From contig OX597820.1 of the NCBI GenBank assembly GCA_951406725.2, positions 37,014,001 to 37,078,000 on the forward strand: a DNA stretch of 64,000 nucleotides, in the 5' to 3' direction. Of the stretch, positions 52,306 to 64,000 are shown one piece after another. Position numbers and translations under genes: made by a program. Position 1 is the stretch's first letter. Each line of letters starts with the position of its first letter. The notes under the pieces are model-generated. The model worked only from the letters and a program-made list of their open reading frames with translations, made no database searches and was not told the origin of the DNA. This stretch comes from Octopus vulgaris (lineage: Eukaryota).

Positions 52306-52364
52306 TATAAATATACATATATATATATAAATATAAATACATATATATATAAATGCATATATGA

Positions 52365-52395
<31 letters not shown>

Positions 52396-52575
52396 CATGA
52401 ATATAAAAATACGTACATATACGAATATAAATATACATACATATATGAATGTAAATATATACATACATATATGAATGTAAATATATACATACATATATGA
52501 ATGTAAATATATATATATATATATATAAATATAAATATATATATATATATGAATATAAATATATATATATATATA

Positions 52576-52615
<40 letters not shown>

Positions 52616-52791
52616 TATAAATATATATATATATACACACATATATATATGAATATAAATTATATATACAAATACAGATATTTATATGAATTTAAATATA
52701 TATATATATATACGAATATAAATAAATATATACAAACACACACACATATGTATATATATATATGAATATATACATATATATATATATATAC

Positions 52792-52822
<31 letters not shown>

Positions 52823-52828
52823 CATACA

Positions 52829-52876
<48 letters not shown>

Positions 52877-52877
52877 C

Positions 52878-52919
<42 letters not shown>

Positions 52920-52950
52920 GTATATATATATATACATACATATGTATACA
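52305..52950. repeat. (TA)n / ATGAATATA compound microsatellite
   Basis: Direct reading. Confidence 0.9.
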
Positions 52951-53124
52951 TAGAATATTGCATTGTTTTACATTATTTTATTCTTTCCAGAATAATACCA
53001 ATGCTTTTTTCTTTGAAACATGTCGGAAGGATGAAGATTTGAATAACACCTGCGTTTAACTCTGTTTTTTTATATATATACAAACATATATATATATATA
53101 TACACGTTTACATACATACATACA

Positions 53125-54730
53125 TGGTGTGTGGACCTACACAGAGAGGAAGTGCTCAGCCAGCTTCAAAATCCCCTCTTCTATCGCCTCCTCTCCTCTG
53201 ACCCCACCTCCTCCTACCAACAGTGCATGTGCTCCACCATCCATTACCTTGTCTCCACTTCTGCCCTCCCCCCAACCTCATCATCCGAACACCTCGTAAT
53301 TCCACCATCTATTTCATTCCCAAAATACATAAACCCGACAACACTGGCTGCCCCGTTGTTTCTGCCTGCAATTGCCCCACAGAACTCATTTCAAAATACC
53401 TCAACCGCATCCTGTCCCCTTCAGTTGCTGCCCTCCCATCCCATATACATGACACCAATCACACCCTTCGCCTTTTCAATTCCTTCTCCTTCTCTTCTGG
53501 CCCCCCACACCTCTTCACCTTGGACATCAAATCCCTATACATGGCGATTCCCCACAACGACGGTCTCTTTGCTCTCCAATACTTCCATGACTGTCGCCCT
53601 GACCCTACACCCAGTACTTCCACACTTCTCCATCTGGCAGAGCTCATACTCACCCTCAACTGCTTTATGTTCATTGGGGAGATAAACCAATAGAATGGGC
53701 CCCAATTTTGCCAAACTATTTGTTGATTGATCACATTGAGGCCCAAGTATACAGAACTATACAGCTGCTACATTGATAACTGTATAGGCGCCACCTCCCT
53801 CTCCCGCTAACAACTCTGCCACTTCATCTCTTTTCTCTCTAACTTTCACCCTTCTCTCCAATTTACCTCTACCATCTCTAACACCTCAGTTAACTTCCTA
53901 GATATCTCTTACCATTGACCTCTTCACCCACTCTCTCACTACCTCTGCCTTCTTCTAACCCAGATTCTCACCTCTACCTCAACCTTTCTTCCTCCCCTAC
54001 CTCCCACACCAAATGGGCCATCTCCTACTCCCAGTTCCTTTGCCTCTGACGCTTGTGCAGCCGGGACCAGGATTTCGGGACCCAGTCCCAGAACCTTACC
54101 TGCCTGCTCATGCATCAAGAATACCCCTCAACCCATATCCAAACCACCCTTGCCCACACTTGTCTAATCAATTGCACCACTTCCTCTTCTCCTTCCTTAA
54201 ACCACACCCCCTTTCCGTTCCTTTTCCACCCCACCCCTTCAGAGGATACTATGTACCTTCTTTCGTCGGTTCTTCTTTAAACACACCTATAACCTATGCA
54301 ATCTACTGGTCTGTACCGCTTTCTCCTCTTTTCCCCCAGTCCCACCCAGATCCTTCCCTTGCTCAAGACCCTGCTGACACACCTGCCCTTTCATCACTAA
54401 CACCACTTCCCTCACTAGATCAAACCAGCACACTCTCCAAATTAGAAACTCCTTCCCCTGCACCTCTTCAAGCCTTATCTATTGCATTAGATGTAATCTC
54501 TGCAATAAACTCTACATCTAACAGATGTTCAGCTACACATGAACACCCCCATCACCTGTCATTTCTGCTTGGCTAACCACTCCACCTCTAATATCTCCAT
54601 TTTTGTCCTCATCTCGCACCACAGATCCACACATTCAAGACTCTGCCTGGAACAGCATTACATTTTCAGTCTACACACACAAATTCCTTTTGGACTCAAC
54701 ACAACCCCATCCTCTTAACAACTGTCTCGA
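53125..54730 (+). mobile_element. Degenerate Penelope-like element (Neptune-type RT, GIY-YIG remnant)
   Basis: YFIPKIHKPDNTG.PVVSACNCPTELISKYL..LPSHIHDTNH..FTLDIKSLY, and F.CTSS.LIYCIRC near 54455-54500. Strongly pyrimidine-skewed plus strand. Confidence 0.8.
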
Positions 54731-55401
54731 CAAATTCCTTAAAGAAAAAAGCAACTTTTTTATTTTATTTTATTTTACCTTATTTTATCCTCTCTTAAAC
54801 CTACTTACTTTTTTTACGGTCACACTTTTTTTGAATTTTTATCACTTTCTTTCTGTCAAATTGTTTAACCTTTTACTTGCATTAATTTTTTTTATAATTG
54901 TATTAATTTCTATTCTATCCCTTTAATTTTAATTATTTTATTTCTTATTTTTTATCATGTATCTGCTATCTTTTATAATTTTTATTCATTTATTTTTACA
55001 TCTACCCTTCCCCCTTTTTTATTGATCTTATTTTATATTTTATTTTAGTTTACCCGCATACATACACACGTACATATACACACACATACCTCCCATGCAC
55101 ATACATGCACACACACACACACACACACAAACAATGTATATACCTCCAGTGAACCCCACTCACACATATATACACATGCACACACACGCATACATACACA
55201 AACGCATGAATGCAAATATACCTCCCCACAAACACATGAACATGCATACACACATACCTAATACACACCTACATGCACACACACAACACACACTCATATA
55301 TACACGCACACAATTATACATATATAGGCATGTACACACACAAGAACACACATATGACTCCACACACAACCCCACACACACACATGCAGACACATTTTGC
55401 T

Positions 55402-55746
55402 ACCAGTGGCCTAGCATGTATAAAATAATCAATAGACAATATATTATTCATATAAAATTAGTGTATATTTAAGCACAAAAGAAGTGACCCTAACAGGACA
55501 CATAACATGCTAGAAGGAACAGTCAAAATCCAAACCATGGTTAAAAGCAATTTTGAAGGGAATGAAAAATAAAAACATTTACCATATTTTTCCCTATATT
55601 TTGTTACCGTATGGTAAATGTTTTTGTTTTTCATTCCCTTCGAAATTGCTCTTAACTGTGGTGTGGATTTTGACTGTTTCTTCTAGCATGTAAGGTGTCT
55701 TGTTCGGATCATCTCCTTTGTGTTTAAATGTACACTAATTTTATAT
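55402..55746. repeat. Fold-back module 1: 40-nt tag plus ~135-bp-arm hairpin
   Basis: Arms ~55450-55586 and ~55610-55746 are reverse complements, preceded by ACCAGTGGCCTAGCATGTATAAAA. Confidence 0.85.
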
Positions 55747-55769
55747 TTATAATTATATATATATATACA

Positions 55770-55905
55770 CGTTAGGAAGGGCATCCAGCCATAGAAACAC
55801 TGCCAGATCAGACTGGGCCTGATGCAGCCTTCTGGCTTCACAGACCCCAGTTGAACCGTCCAACCCATGCTAGCATGGAAAGCGGATGCTAAATGATGAT
55901 GATGA
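55770..55905 (+). mobile_element. RTE-like LINE 3' tail fragment
   Basis: Same tail motif and (GAT)n end. Confidence 0.7.
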
Positions 55906-55944
55906 ATGATACACATATATACATACATATACACACATATTTAA

Positions 55945-57141
55945 AAAAATTTTTTTAAAGGTTTAATAAAAACTAACTAATTAATCAATGATGTATTCAC
56001 CCTTGTTGTTTACAACTTCTTCCCAACATTCAACAAGATTTTCAATACCTCATTGGTAGAAATCACCTGATTTTGACTTGAAAAAATGATCCAACCAAGC
56101 TCTCAATTCTGCATCAGTATTCAACGAAACTCTGCACATAGCTTTTGAAAGACATAAAAAGAGGTGGAAATCCATTGGTGCCAAATCAGGAGAGTACGGC
56201 GGGTGTGGCAGCAATTCCCAGCCATGTGTTTGAAAGGCATCCTTGGTCATATTGCCAATATGAGAACAGTCGTTGTTGTGCAGCAGAAGAACTCCATGCT
56301 GCTGATTAGGTCTTTTCTCTTGAATAGCCATGTTGAGCTGTTCCATCTGTTGAACAGAGTTTGCATTGACCGTTCAAGCAATTCCATAATGGATCATCCC
56401 TTCCAGTCCCACCATATGCACAAGCATCGTTTTACGCAGATGAAGATCTTGTTTCATGCACAATGTCGCTTGTTTACCGGGGCTAAACCATTCCTTATGC
56501 TACTTCATATTGATGCACAGGCACCATTTTTTGTCGCCAGTAACAATTCAGTAAAGAAATCGTTGCTTGTGTCCATGAGTTGAATGGTGACGAGCAAGCA
56601 AACCAGCAGAGATTGTGGCTCGTTGATTTTTCTTGTTGTCACTTAAAGCATGCAAAACCCATGCTCCATACTTCTGAAACTTCTCCCATGTGTGAAGATG
56701 CTTCTCTATTACAGTGTGGGAGCATTCCATTTTCTCTGCCAGTTCCCTTGTCGTATGACGAGAATTTTCGTGCAAAAGTTTGTTTAATCGCTCTTCATCT
56801 AACTCAACTGGATGACCAGAACGAGGTGCGTTTGAGATTAAAATTTCCATTTTTGAACTTGGCATACCAATCACGAGCGGTTCTTTCAGCTATGGCACCC
56901 TCTCCATCCACAGTACAAATGTCACGAACAGCTTTTGCAGCCTTAGAACCTTGATTAAAAGCAAAAAGAAGGAGGTGTTGAAAATGTTTGTTTTTCTTAA
57001 TGTGACATTCCATTTTAATGATCTGAAAATTAACTAGAAAAAAAAAAAAAATAGATTCCAAAATGATTCAAAAATAGAATTCTTGAAAAAAAATACATTC
57101 CAAAATTTAAAAACACAGCAGGAAATTAGTTGCCAACTCAA
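55945..57141 (-). mobile_element. Mariner (Mos1/SETMAR-like DD34D) element, frameshifted
   Basis: WYAKFKNGNF, PRSG.P, AWVLH.L, HPPYSPDLAPMDFHLF; one TIR-like end GAAATTAGTTGCCAACTCAA followed by TA. Confidence 0.88.
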
Positions 57142-57155
57142 TATATAAACATCTT

Positions 57156-57186
<31 letters not shown>

Positions 57187-57783
57187 GTGTATATATATAT
57201 ATATATACACATATAAACATATAAGCTTATATATATAGATGTGAATGTTACATGTAAAATACGAATGAAGATATGAAAAAATATAAAGGGAAAAACATTT
57301 AAAAATGAAAAATTTATAGATACAGGATTTAATTTATAAATTAACATAATTAGAATGAATATACTAAACTTAATTTAAAATGTAAAAGTTAAAATGTAAA
57401 AGAAGAATATTTTCCATCTACCCCTGGATATCATGGCACTAAATTGAACTAGTTCCAATTTCACTGGAATTTTTGTCATTCGTATTAGTTTCCATTTGTC
57501 TCTTAATTATCTTCATTAGGATATATGTATCTCTTATAATGCTATATTTTCTTCTCATTAGTATATATTTTTTCAGCATTCGTATATATCTTTCATTATA
57601 TATATATTTTTTAGGCATAATTCACATTTAATTCTTTAATTATGGCTTAAACTGCAGGGTTCAATAAATTTAACACATCTATTGTTTTGACATACTAGGA
57701 ATTAATTTATACATGTTTAGTTTCATACACTTTAAAATTGGAATATATAATGATTAGATAAAGTTATAAATGGGGGATAGGTG

Positions 57784-57877
57784 GACCTGAAGATTGGGGT
57801 TGTATATAAGGGGAGGTTCTGTATGAGACTACTTATCTCAGAAACATAGTATACAACCTCATGAAACACGTGTAGTC
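57784..57877 (+). ncRNA. Type I hammerhead ribozyme motif, best preserved
   Basis: GAC CTGAAGA T TGGGGTTGTATA..TATACAACCTCA T GAAA CACGTG TA GTC: 12-bp stem II, palindromic stem III, stem I GAC/GTC. Confidence 0.78.
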
Positions 57878-58002
57878 GAAAACTTTGAAAACGAATAGTA
57901 AGTATTAAATATAATATTCTATGATATGGTTGAATTTGTATTCTGATTTGTTTAATTTTATGGGGGATTCCTGTCTCTAATTGATATACATACATGTATA
58001 TA

Positions 58003-58294
58003 TATTTCAAAATAGAAAATTACCCTTTAATAGGTAATTTTACATGCTAGAAATAGCAGCCAACACGGCCCAAAAACCACAATTTTATAGCAAATTTTGA
58101 AGTAAATGAAAAATAAAAACCTTTACCTTAAGGTTTTTATTTTTCATTTACTTCGAAATTTGCTATAAAATTGTGGTTTTTGACCGTGTTGGCTGCTATT
58201 TCTAGCATGTAAAATTACCTGTTAAAGGGTAATTTTCTATTTTGAAATACAAATATGTTGTCTATTGACTTTTTATACATGCTAGGCCACTGGT
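58003..58294. repeat. Fold-back module 2: ~120-bp-arm hairpin plus the same tag in reverse orientation
   Basis: 58003-58123 pairs with 58130-58249, followed by TTGTCTATTGACTTTTTATACATGCTAGGCCACTGGT. Confidence 0.9.
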
Positions 58295-58349
58295 GATGAT
58301 ATTTATAACGAGTATTTGCCACCCATATATACATATATATATATATATA

Positions 58350-59430
58350 TATTGTTATTTACTGTATCTGTAATTGTGGTGGATGTTTGGGTGCTAGTAT
58401 TCTGGTTAGTGTTAGGATAGGTAGGGTTTACATTATGGTTTAAAGTATTGTGTTCGATGTTGGAGCTATGTATGTGTTGGGTGCTCATACATTCAGAGTT
58501 TTTTCGGCGTATATTTCGATAATAGAGAGTTTTTCTCTTTTAGAGGCTATTATGATAGACTTAAATTTATGAGGGGAGGAGCAGGATAGCTTTGAAGTAG
58601 ATCTATTAAAGATAGAGTAATATTTATATTGACGAAGGAAGTAGGAGTCTAGTATATTAAAAAAGGATTTGGCTAAATTTTTAACAGTTAGTGAAGAGGT
58701 GTATACCATGGGATAGAGCATCCACCACTTTTTTCTGGTTGCTTAGGGGTAGTATAGTCAATATTTTTAGAAATTAGAGGGGGTTATATGGCCCAATATT
58801 GTTAGCTGTTTTAACTTTTGACCTGGTGTTATGTGTATATGTGGGGTCTAAGCTGTCTTAATCTGGGTTCTCCTGAGGCTCTTGTATAGTGTATCTATAG
58901 TCTGTTATGATTATGATGGTTAGCATACGAGTTGAGATATATGTTGCTTGACCCTCATATTAAAGATATATTTTATTTGTTAGGTGAAGCTGCTGGCAGT
59001 GAGTGCTTGGTTGTAATATGGGGTGTGGTTATTGAATATTTCTTCAGTGGATGAGAGGTCAGATATACGAATCTAGAAACCCATAACTATATTACATAAC
59101 TACATAACTATATTACATAACTACATAACTATATGGATTTGTGGTGATTGGAATTAATGTTTAAGTACTTAAGGAACTGGTTGGGTTTGTGATATGGGAT
59201 ATTGGGAGGTTTCTAAGTTTAAAGTAACATCTAAAAAATTAGTAGTTTTGTAAGAATTTTCAAAAGTAATGGATAGGATGAGGTTAGAAATTTGTGTAGA
59301 TCTTTTCTAATTCGTTCTAAAGAGGATTTATTAATGCCCCTGGTGACTAGCAAAGCGTCATCTCTGTATAGACCTCTCTTGATGTTAGGGAAGAGTATAT
59401 GGAGCTGATGGAGTAGGTATAGTTCAAGGT
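58350..59430 (-). mobile_element. Degenerate Penelope-like (Naiad-type) RT remnant
   Basis: GLYRDDALL..LERIRKDLHKF; NLAKSFFNILDSYF..YYSIFNRST.KLS.S. Confidence 0.7.
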
Positions 59431-59508
59431 CCGTGACTTGGGTGGAGTGGGATGATCGAAATATACAAATATACATATACACAAATATATACATATATGC
59501 ATACACAC

Positions 59509-59551
<43 letters not shown>

Positions 59552-60964
59552 CATATACACACATATATGCATACACACACATATATATATACATATACAC
59601 ACACACACGTGTTTGTTCCCTAACCACTACTAGACAACTAATGCTGGTTTATGTCCCTGTAACTCAATGGTTTGGTAAAAAAAAAGCCCAATAGAATAAA
59701 TGCCAGGTTTAAAAGTAAGACAAAAAAATAAGTGCTGGGGTCAATTAAATCAACTAAAACTCTTCAAGATAGTGCCCTGGCATGGCTACAATCCAATGAT
59801 TGAAATAAGACTTATATGACTTTCAACCAATGTATGCAAGCATGAAATAGGGGACATTAAAATGATGATGACAATCAGTTACTGCTGTTAAGAAAACACT
59901 GCTGTAATATCCAATACTGACAACTCTATTTCCCTTCTTTTCTCAATAACTTCTGAAAACATAACTTGAAACCAATAGCAGTTAAGTTATTGTGAGGTTC
60001 CCTTTATAGTACAACGACCTTCCTCATTGGTAACAAAAGAACACATGAGTTTTACATATATACACACACACAAACTACAGATGTACACTGTATCTTTATA
60101 TACAATACTGATGATGACTTTCATGGGCACACAAAGGGGGAGAGGATCAGACAGGCTAGTTTCAATCACCTTTTCTAGCAACTGCTTCCAGTGTTGTTGA
60201 ATTAACATAGGTTTCTAAGTAGTTTCCCTTTAATTGAATAAACTACCATAATTTCTAGCTTGTGCAAATATTGTACAAGGCCAACAATGATCATATTCTC
60301 ACATTATTTTTGGTGGTTTTTTTTTTAAACCCCATATTCACTACTATCCTAATATTCCACCAACTTCTCTTTATGTATAAGACTCAAAAAACTTCATTGC
60401 AACTAGGAATAATGTGAAATTCAGTCTACTCAGCTGAAAATGAAAACCAGCCTGATGACGTAGTTGACAAAGGGAGTTGAAGTAATTAACTGAACCCTCT
60501 GCCCAAATATTTATTGATCCTATTCCATGCTTTGTAACAATTTTTATTCTTGTAACTTTTATAAATGTTATCATTATTATAACTATTCTTCAAACTGAAT
60601 ATTCATTAGGAGCTGACACACATGCAAGTTTGTTAATATTATTAGTAATAGTTTGTTTTATGTCATGTGTGGTCCAAAAGGCCTTCTTTACTTCCTCCCA
60701 TCACACTCCTCTCATGCACTTATCCCCTCTTCCTTCTCCTTCTACTGTATTCTTTTAAACTGGTGTATATGAAGGCTCTCTTTTGTCTTATACTGCCTAT
60801 GAATGGACCAGCGAATTTCTTCAATAGAACTGGGTTTTATATTCAAGTAATTGATGCCTGCCAATCTAATAGAACATGTATACAATATATAAGGCATTAA
60901 ACCAAATACGCTTTGTGTGTACCTTATATATATGCATATGATGTATGTTTATGAAAAAATGGGA

Positions 60965-62181
60965 AGGGTGATTAGGTAAGTGAGGCAAAATGAGTAAATT
61001 CTGATTTCTTTTCTCCTTACCTGTTTGAAACTATTGCATTGCAACATCGTTTTGCACTGTTGCATCATCTTCAGAAGTAAAAATCGGTCAGAATAGTGAT
61101 TATTGAAGTTGAGAGAGCTTGAAACATAGTCAGCTGACAGGTGCATTTTTTTTCAAGAAATTTTTCTTCAGCTTTGACCTGATTGTAATTAAAGTTGCTA
61201 ATAAAATATCTGGATAATTTTTGACATTTAACAATCAACATTCATTTGTCTTTTGGATGCCAAATCAATTTTTTCCCATGCTAATGTCTGATTTGATCAT
61301 TATCAATTTTCAGAAAAATTATGTTTAAAGTGAGGCAAAATAGATAATGACTAATTTCAACAATTTCTTTTGTTTAATAAGCATGGTGCATAAATATATC
61401 AGGAAGAGAGCCACTCTAGCAGATCATGAAGAAGCTATAGAGAAAGCTTGTGACATGATACCTAAAGGTGTATCAACCTATCATGCAGCAACTACAACTA
61501 ATGTCCCATATGAGAAACTTCAAAGACGAGTCAACAGTATCAACCACTCTGACTGAATTGGCAATGGACGTGTGCTTTTGAAGAAAGAGGAGGAAGACAG
61601 TCAATACACTCTTGCTTTCATCTAGGTTAGTTTGGCCATGTGGGACACAGGAAATTCAGAAAATAGATGTATCTAGACACAGCTGAGAAGAAAACCGTTT
61701 TTAAGAATAATGTACTGTGGGAAAAACTGCTTGACTAAGGCTCACAAGAAGAACCTTTCTGCAGAAAACACTAGCAAAGTTTTTTTATGTTGGCAGATGT
61801 TTTTTAAGAAGCTGGAATTTCTAATGACCAAAATACTAGAAGAAGGAACTTTAAAGATGAAAGTGACTTTAATACAAACCCAGCCCAACGAAAACTTGAA
61901 TGCACTTCTGATCTTTCTGATGTCTAAAGATAGATGTTGATGTGCAAGTCTTTTTTCAAGTGTAATTCAAAAAAAGTAAAAAGGCAAATTTATCTTACAT
62001 TGTTTTACTCATTTTGCCCCACATAATCTCTCTTTTGTATGCTCAAAGACAATGGAGATAGTTTTCTGAAAGTGCTCTGAATATGTTATAGTTTTAAATG
62101 CATTTAGAGAAGGTCGTTGTAAATTTTTTTCGCTCCAAGAAAAAAAATGCAGTGTTACTCATTGTGCCCCACATATCCCCC
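60965..62181 (+). mobile_element. Degenerate pogo/Fot1-like DNA transposon
   Basis: psq-type HTH remnant MVHKYIRK..AIEKA..GVSTYHAA..NVPY.KLQRRV. Subterminal repeats GTGAGGCAAAATGAG (left) and CTCATTTTGCCCCAC / CTCATTGTGCCCCAC (right). Confidence 0.6.
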
Positions 62182-62498
62182 ACAGGAAAGTGAAGACAAT
62201 AACAAACTATGTCGTTGTAGTGGAATACGAGATAAAAACATGGAACAAGAGTGGATGAAAAAATAATAGAAGGGGAGGAGTTTGAAAGAGCTAGAATAAA
62301 AATAAAATAGAGTCCCTGAAAATTGGATTAACTTTGGTATTTCAATGAACGTAAACATCAGAGAGCATGAAGAAAATATAAATGAAGAGGTAAAAGAAAA
62401 CAGGACTTTGTAGGGAACAGACATGGTGTAGATGAAATAGAAATGTAAATATGAGAGGTTTAATATAAATGTAGAAATATATTAAATCTATAGATGAT

Positions 62499-62760
62499 AC
62501 TTACATAATAATGTAGTTATATGAAATGAGTGATGTACTGAAGTAGCGATGAGGACATTGGTAAATTGAGCAGAACTTTCAACTACTTCTTGCAGGACAT
62601 CTTAAATTTCTTCTTCTGGTTATTAAATAATCAATTTTTTATGTTAATTTGTGATTACTGATACAGTCTAAATAGGTTAATAGAAAGAATACTATATCTA
62701 CAATATTTATAAATATAATGGCGAGTGAAGGTAGACATACCGGAAGTCACTGATAACGTT
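62499..62760 (-). promoter_or_regulatory. Candidate promoter and non-coding exon 1 on the minus strand (probably of ZNF-C)
   Basis: On the minus strand: ACTTCCGGTA (62738-62747), TCGCCATTAT (62715-62724) and donor AT|GTAAGT at 62504. Same motif order as 23461-23660. Confidence 0.55.
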
Positions 62761-63308
62761 GGAAGAATTGATTTCCAATCACTGGAGAGTTCTTTGCAAA
62801 TCTTGGTGATTGTGTTTTTAGTGTCATAACATTCATCAAGTATTCTCTCGTCTTTACCATCTATATTAAGACATACTACATTTTCCATTTTGGCCTTCTT
62901 TATTCCTGCTGTTTAATCCCAAGTCAGCACTGATCCGGTGTTTTGATAAAGGACAGTTGATTGGTAGATCTGTTTGCCCGTTGGGCAACATGCTTATGGA
63001 ATTTGTCACGACCATTTCCATTTTGCATTCAATGACGTTGAGATTAACTTTTACTCTTCATCGTTTCTTTTTTGGAATGGGTTTATCTTCTTTAATGCTT
63101 GTGTGGCGGAGATAAAGAATACGGAAACACCTCACCACCCACCCCCATTTTCTTTCAAATTTGTTTGTTTAAAAAATGGGGGGGGGGGGGGCAAAAACCC
63201 CCGTTTTCGGATAGAGGTTCCGGAAAACTGCAAAAAATCGGCATTGTTAAATTTCTGCCTCCCCCTTTCCACCCTCAAATTCTTCAATTTTGACTTTTTT
63301 CCCCAACA

Positions 63309-63345
63309 CTAACCCTAACCCTAAAACCCCAACCTTAACCGTAAC
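63309..63345. repeat. Short degenerate (TAACCC)n telomere-like tract within an unclassified repeat (~63100-63740)
   Basis: CTAACCCTAACCCTAAAACCCCAACCTTAACCGTAAC; second GTAACCCTAACC near 63695. Confidence 0.6.
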
Positions 63346-64000
63346 TACAAAAATGCTTTGAAATTTTTGTCCGAATTATAATGTCCGTATTTTTCCGCAT
63401 ATTTAGAAAAAAAAATTCTAAAAAAAAAAATTTTACAAAAATTTTTGGAAATTTTTTCCATAATCATAATCTGCGTATTTTTCCGCATATTTTGAAAGAA
63501 AGAAAAATTTCTGAAAAAAGTAACAAATGAAGGAAATGGGGGTCGTAATTAAAAAATGCCGATCTTTGCCAATTTTTTTGCAGAATTGTATTTCCTCGTA
63601 GCCGAAAAGGGGTGTTTGTGTCGAAAAAGAAAATTTTAAAAGAAAGGGTGGTGGTGGGGTCTTGCCAAGAATACACACACCATCTGTTTTCGGCGTAACC
63701 CTAACCTCCAAAAACGGGTGGTGTGCATATTTTTCACCTTCGCCCAAAAGGCTGCCCAAATTCTTATCAAGGTTTATTGTGTTGAAGTAGATAACTTTTA
63801 ACAAGCTGCACAGACTTTAATGTGAGGTGTATGAAGTTGTCCTATTTCTTATTTGAAAAGCGAGAACAACTGATGTGACACGTCTGTTTTCAAATGTATA
63901 TTGAAACCTTTTCAGGTGCTGAATACCATCCCTCCTTCCCATATTCCCACCCACACCCCTTTCCCAGTTCTCAGAACTGACCCTGTCAATGTAGGCACAT

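Noticed and set aside
53005-53030. GAAACATGTC half-hammerhead before the Neptune-type PLE
   Set aside because: No upstream CTGANGA core found.
59091-59133. Short tandem repeat CATAACTATATTACATAACTA
   Set aside because: Local slippage duplication inside a dead PLE; no sign of function.
63309-63345. True telomere or chromosome fusion site
   Set aside because: Only about 6 degenerate units inside an interspersed-repeat-like context.

Overview
AT-rich, repeat-dense eukaryotic DNA, most likely from a coleoid cephalopod (Octopus-like). This assignment is inferred from the zinc-finger gene style and the SINE/LINE families, not from a database match. The window is part of a tandem C2H2 zinc-finger (ZNF) cluster. 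It holds three intact poly-ZNF genes with a single coding exon each (1571-2845 +, 27519-28721 +, 42040-43203 -) and one decayed paralogue of the first (about 14722-16800 +). An intact pogo/Tigger (TIGD-like) transposase ORF lies at 9394-10932. A consensus splice donor near its end could join it to the dead ZNF exon, suggesting a transposase took over a ZNF transcription unit. An intronless FAM162 (UPF0389)-like sequence with one frameshift lies just downstream of the minus-strand ZNF. The rest is transposable-element debris: tRNA-derived SINEs, RTE and CR1-like LINEs, Penelope-like elements with four type-I hammerhead-ribozyme motifs and fold-back modules, Chapaev3, mariner, DD37D/maT, pogo remnants and a long-TIR MITE. 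Large (TA)n/(TACA)n microsatellite fields are also present. Most short ORFs in the track are microsatellite or antisense artefacts. Repeat boundaries were read by eye and are approximate.
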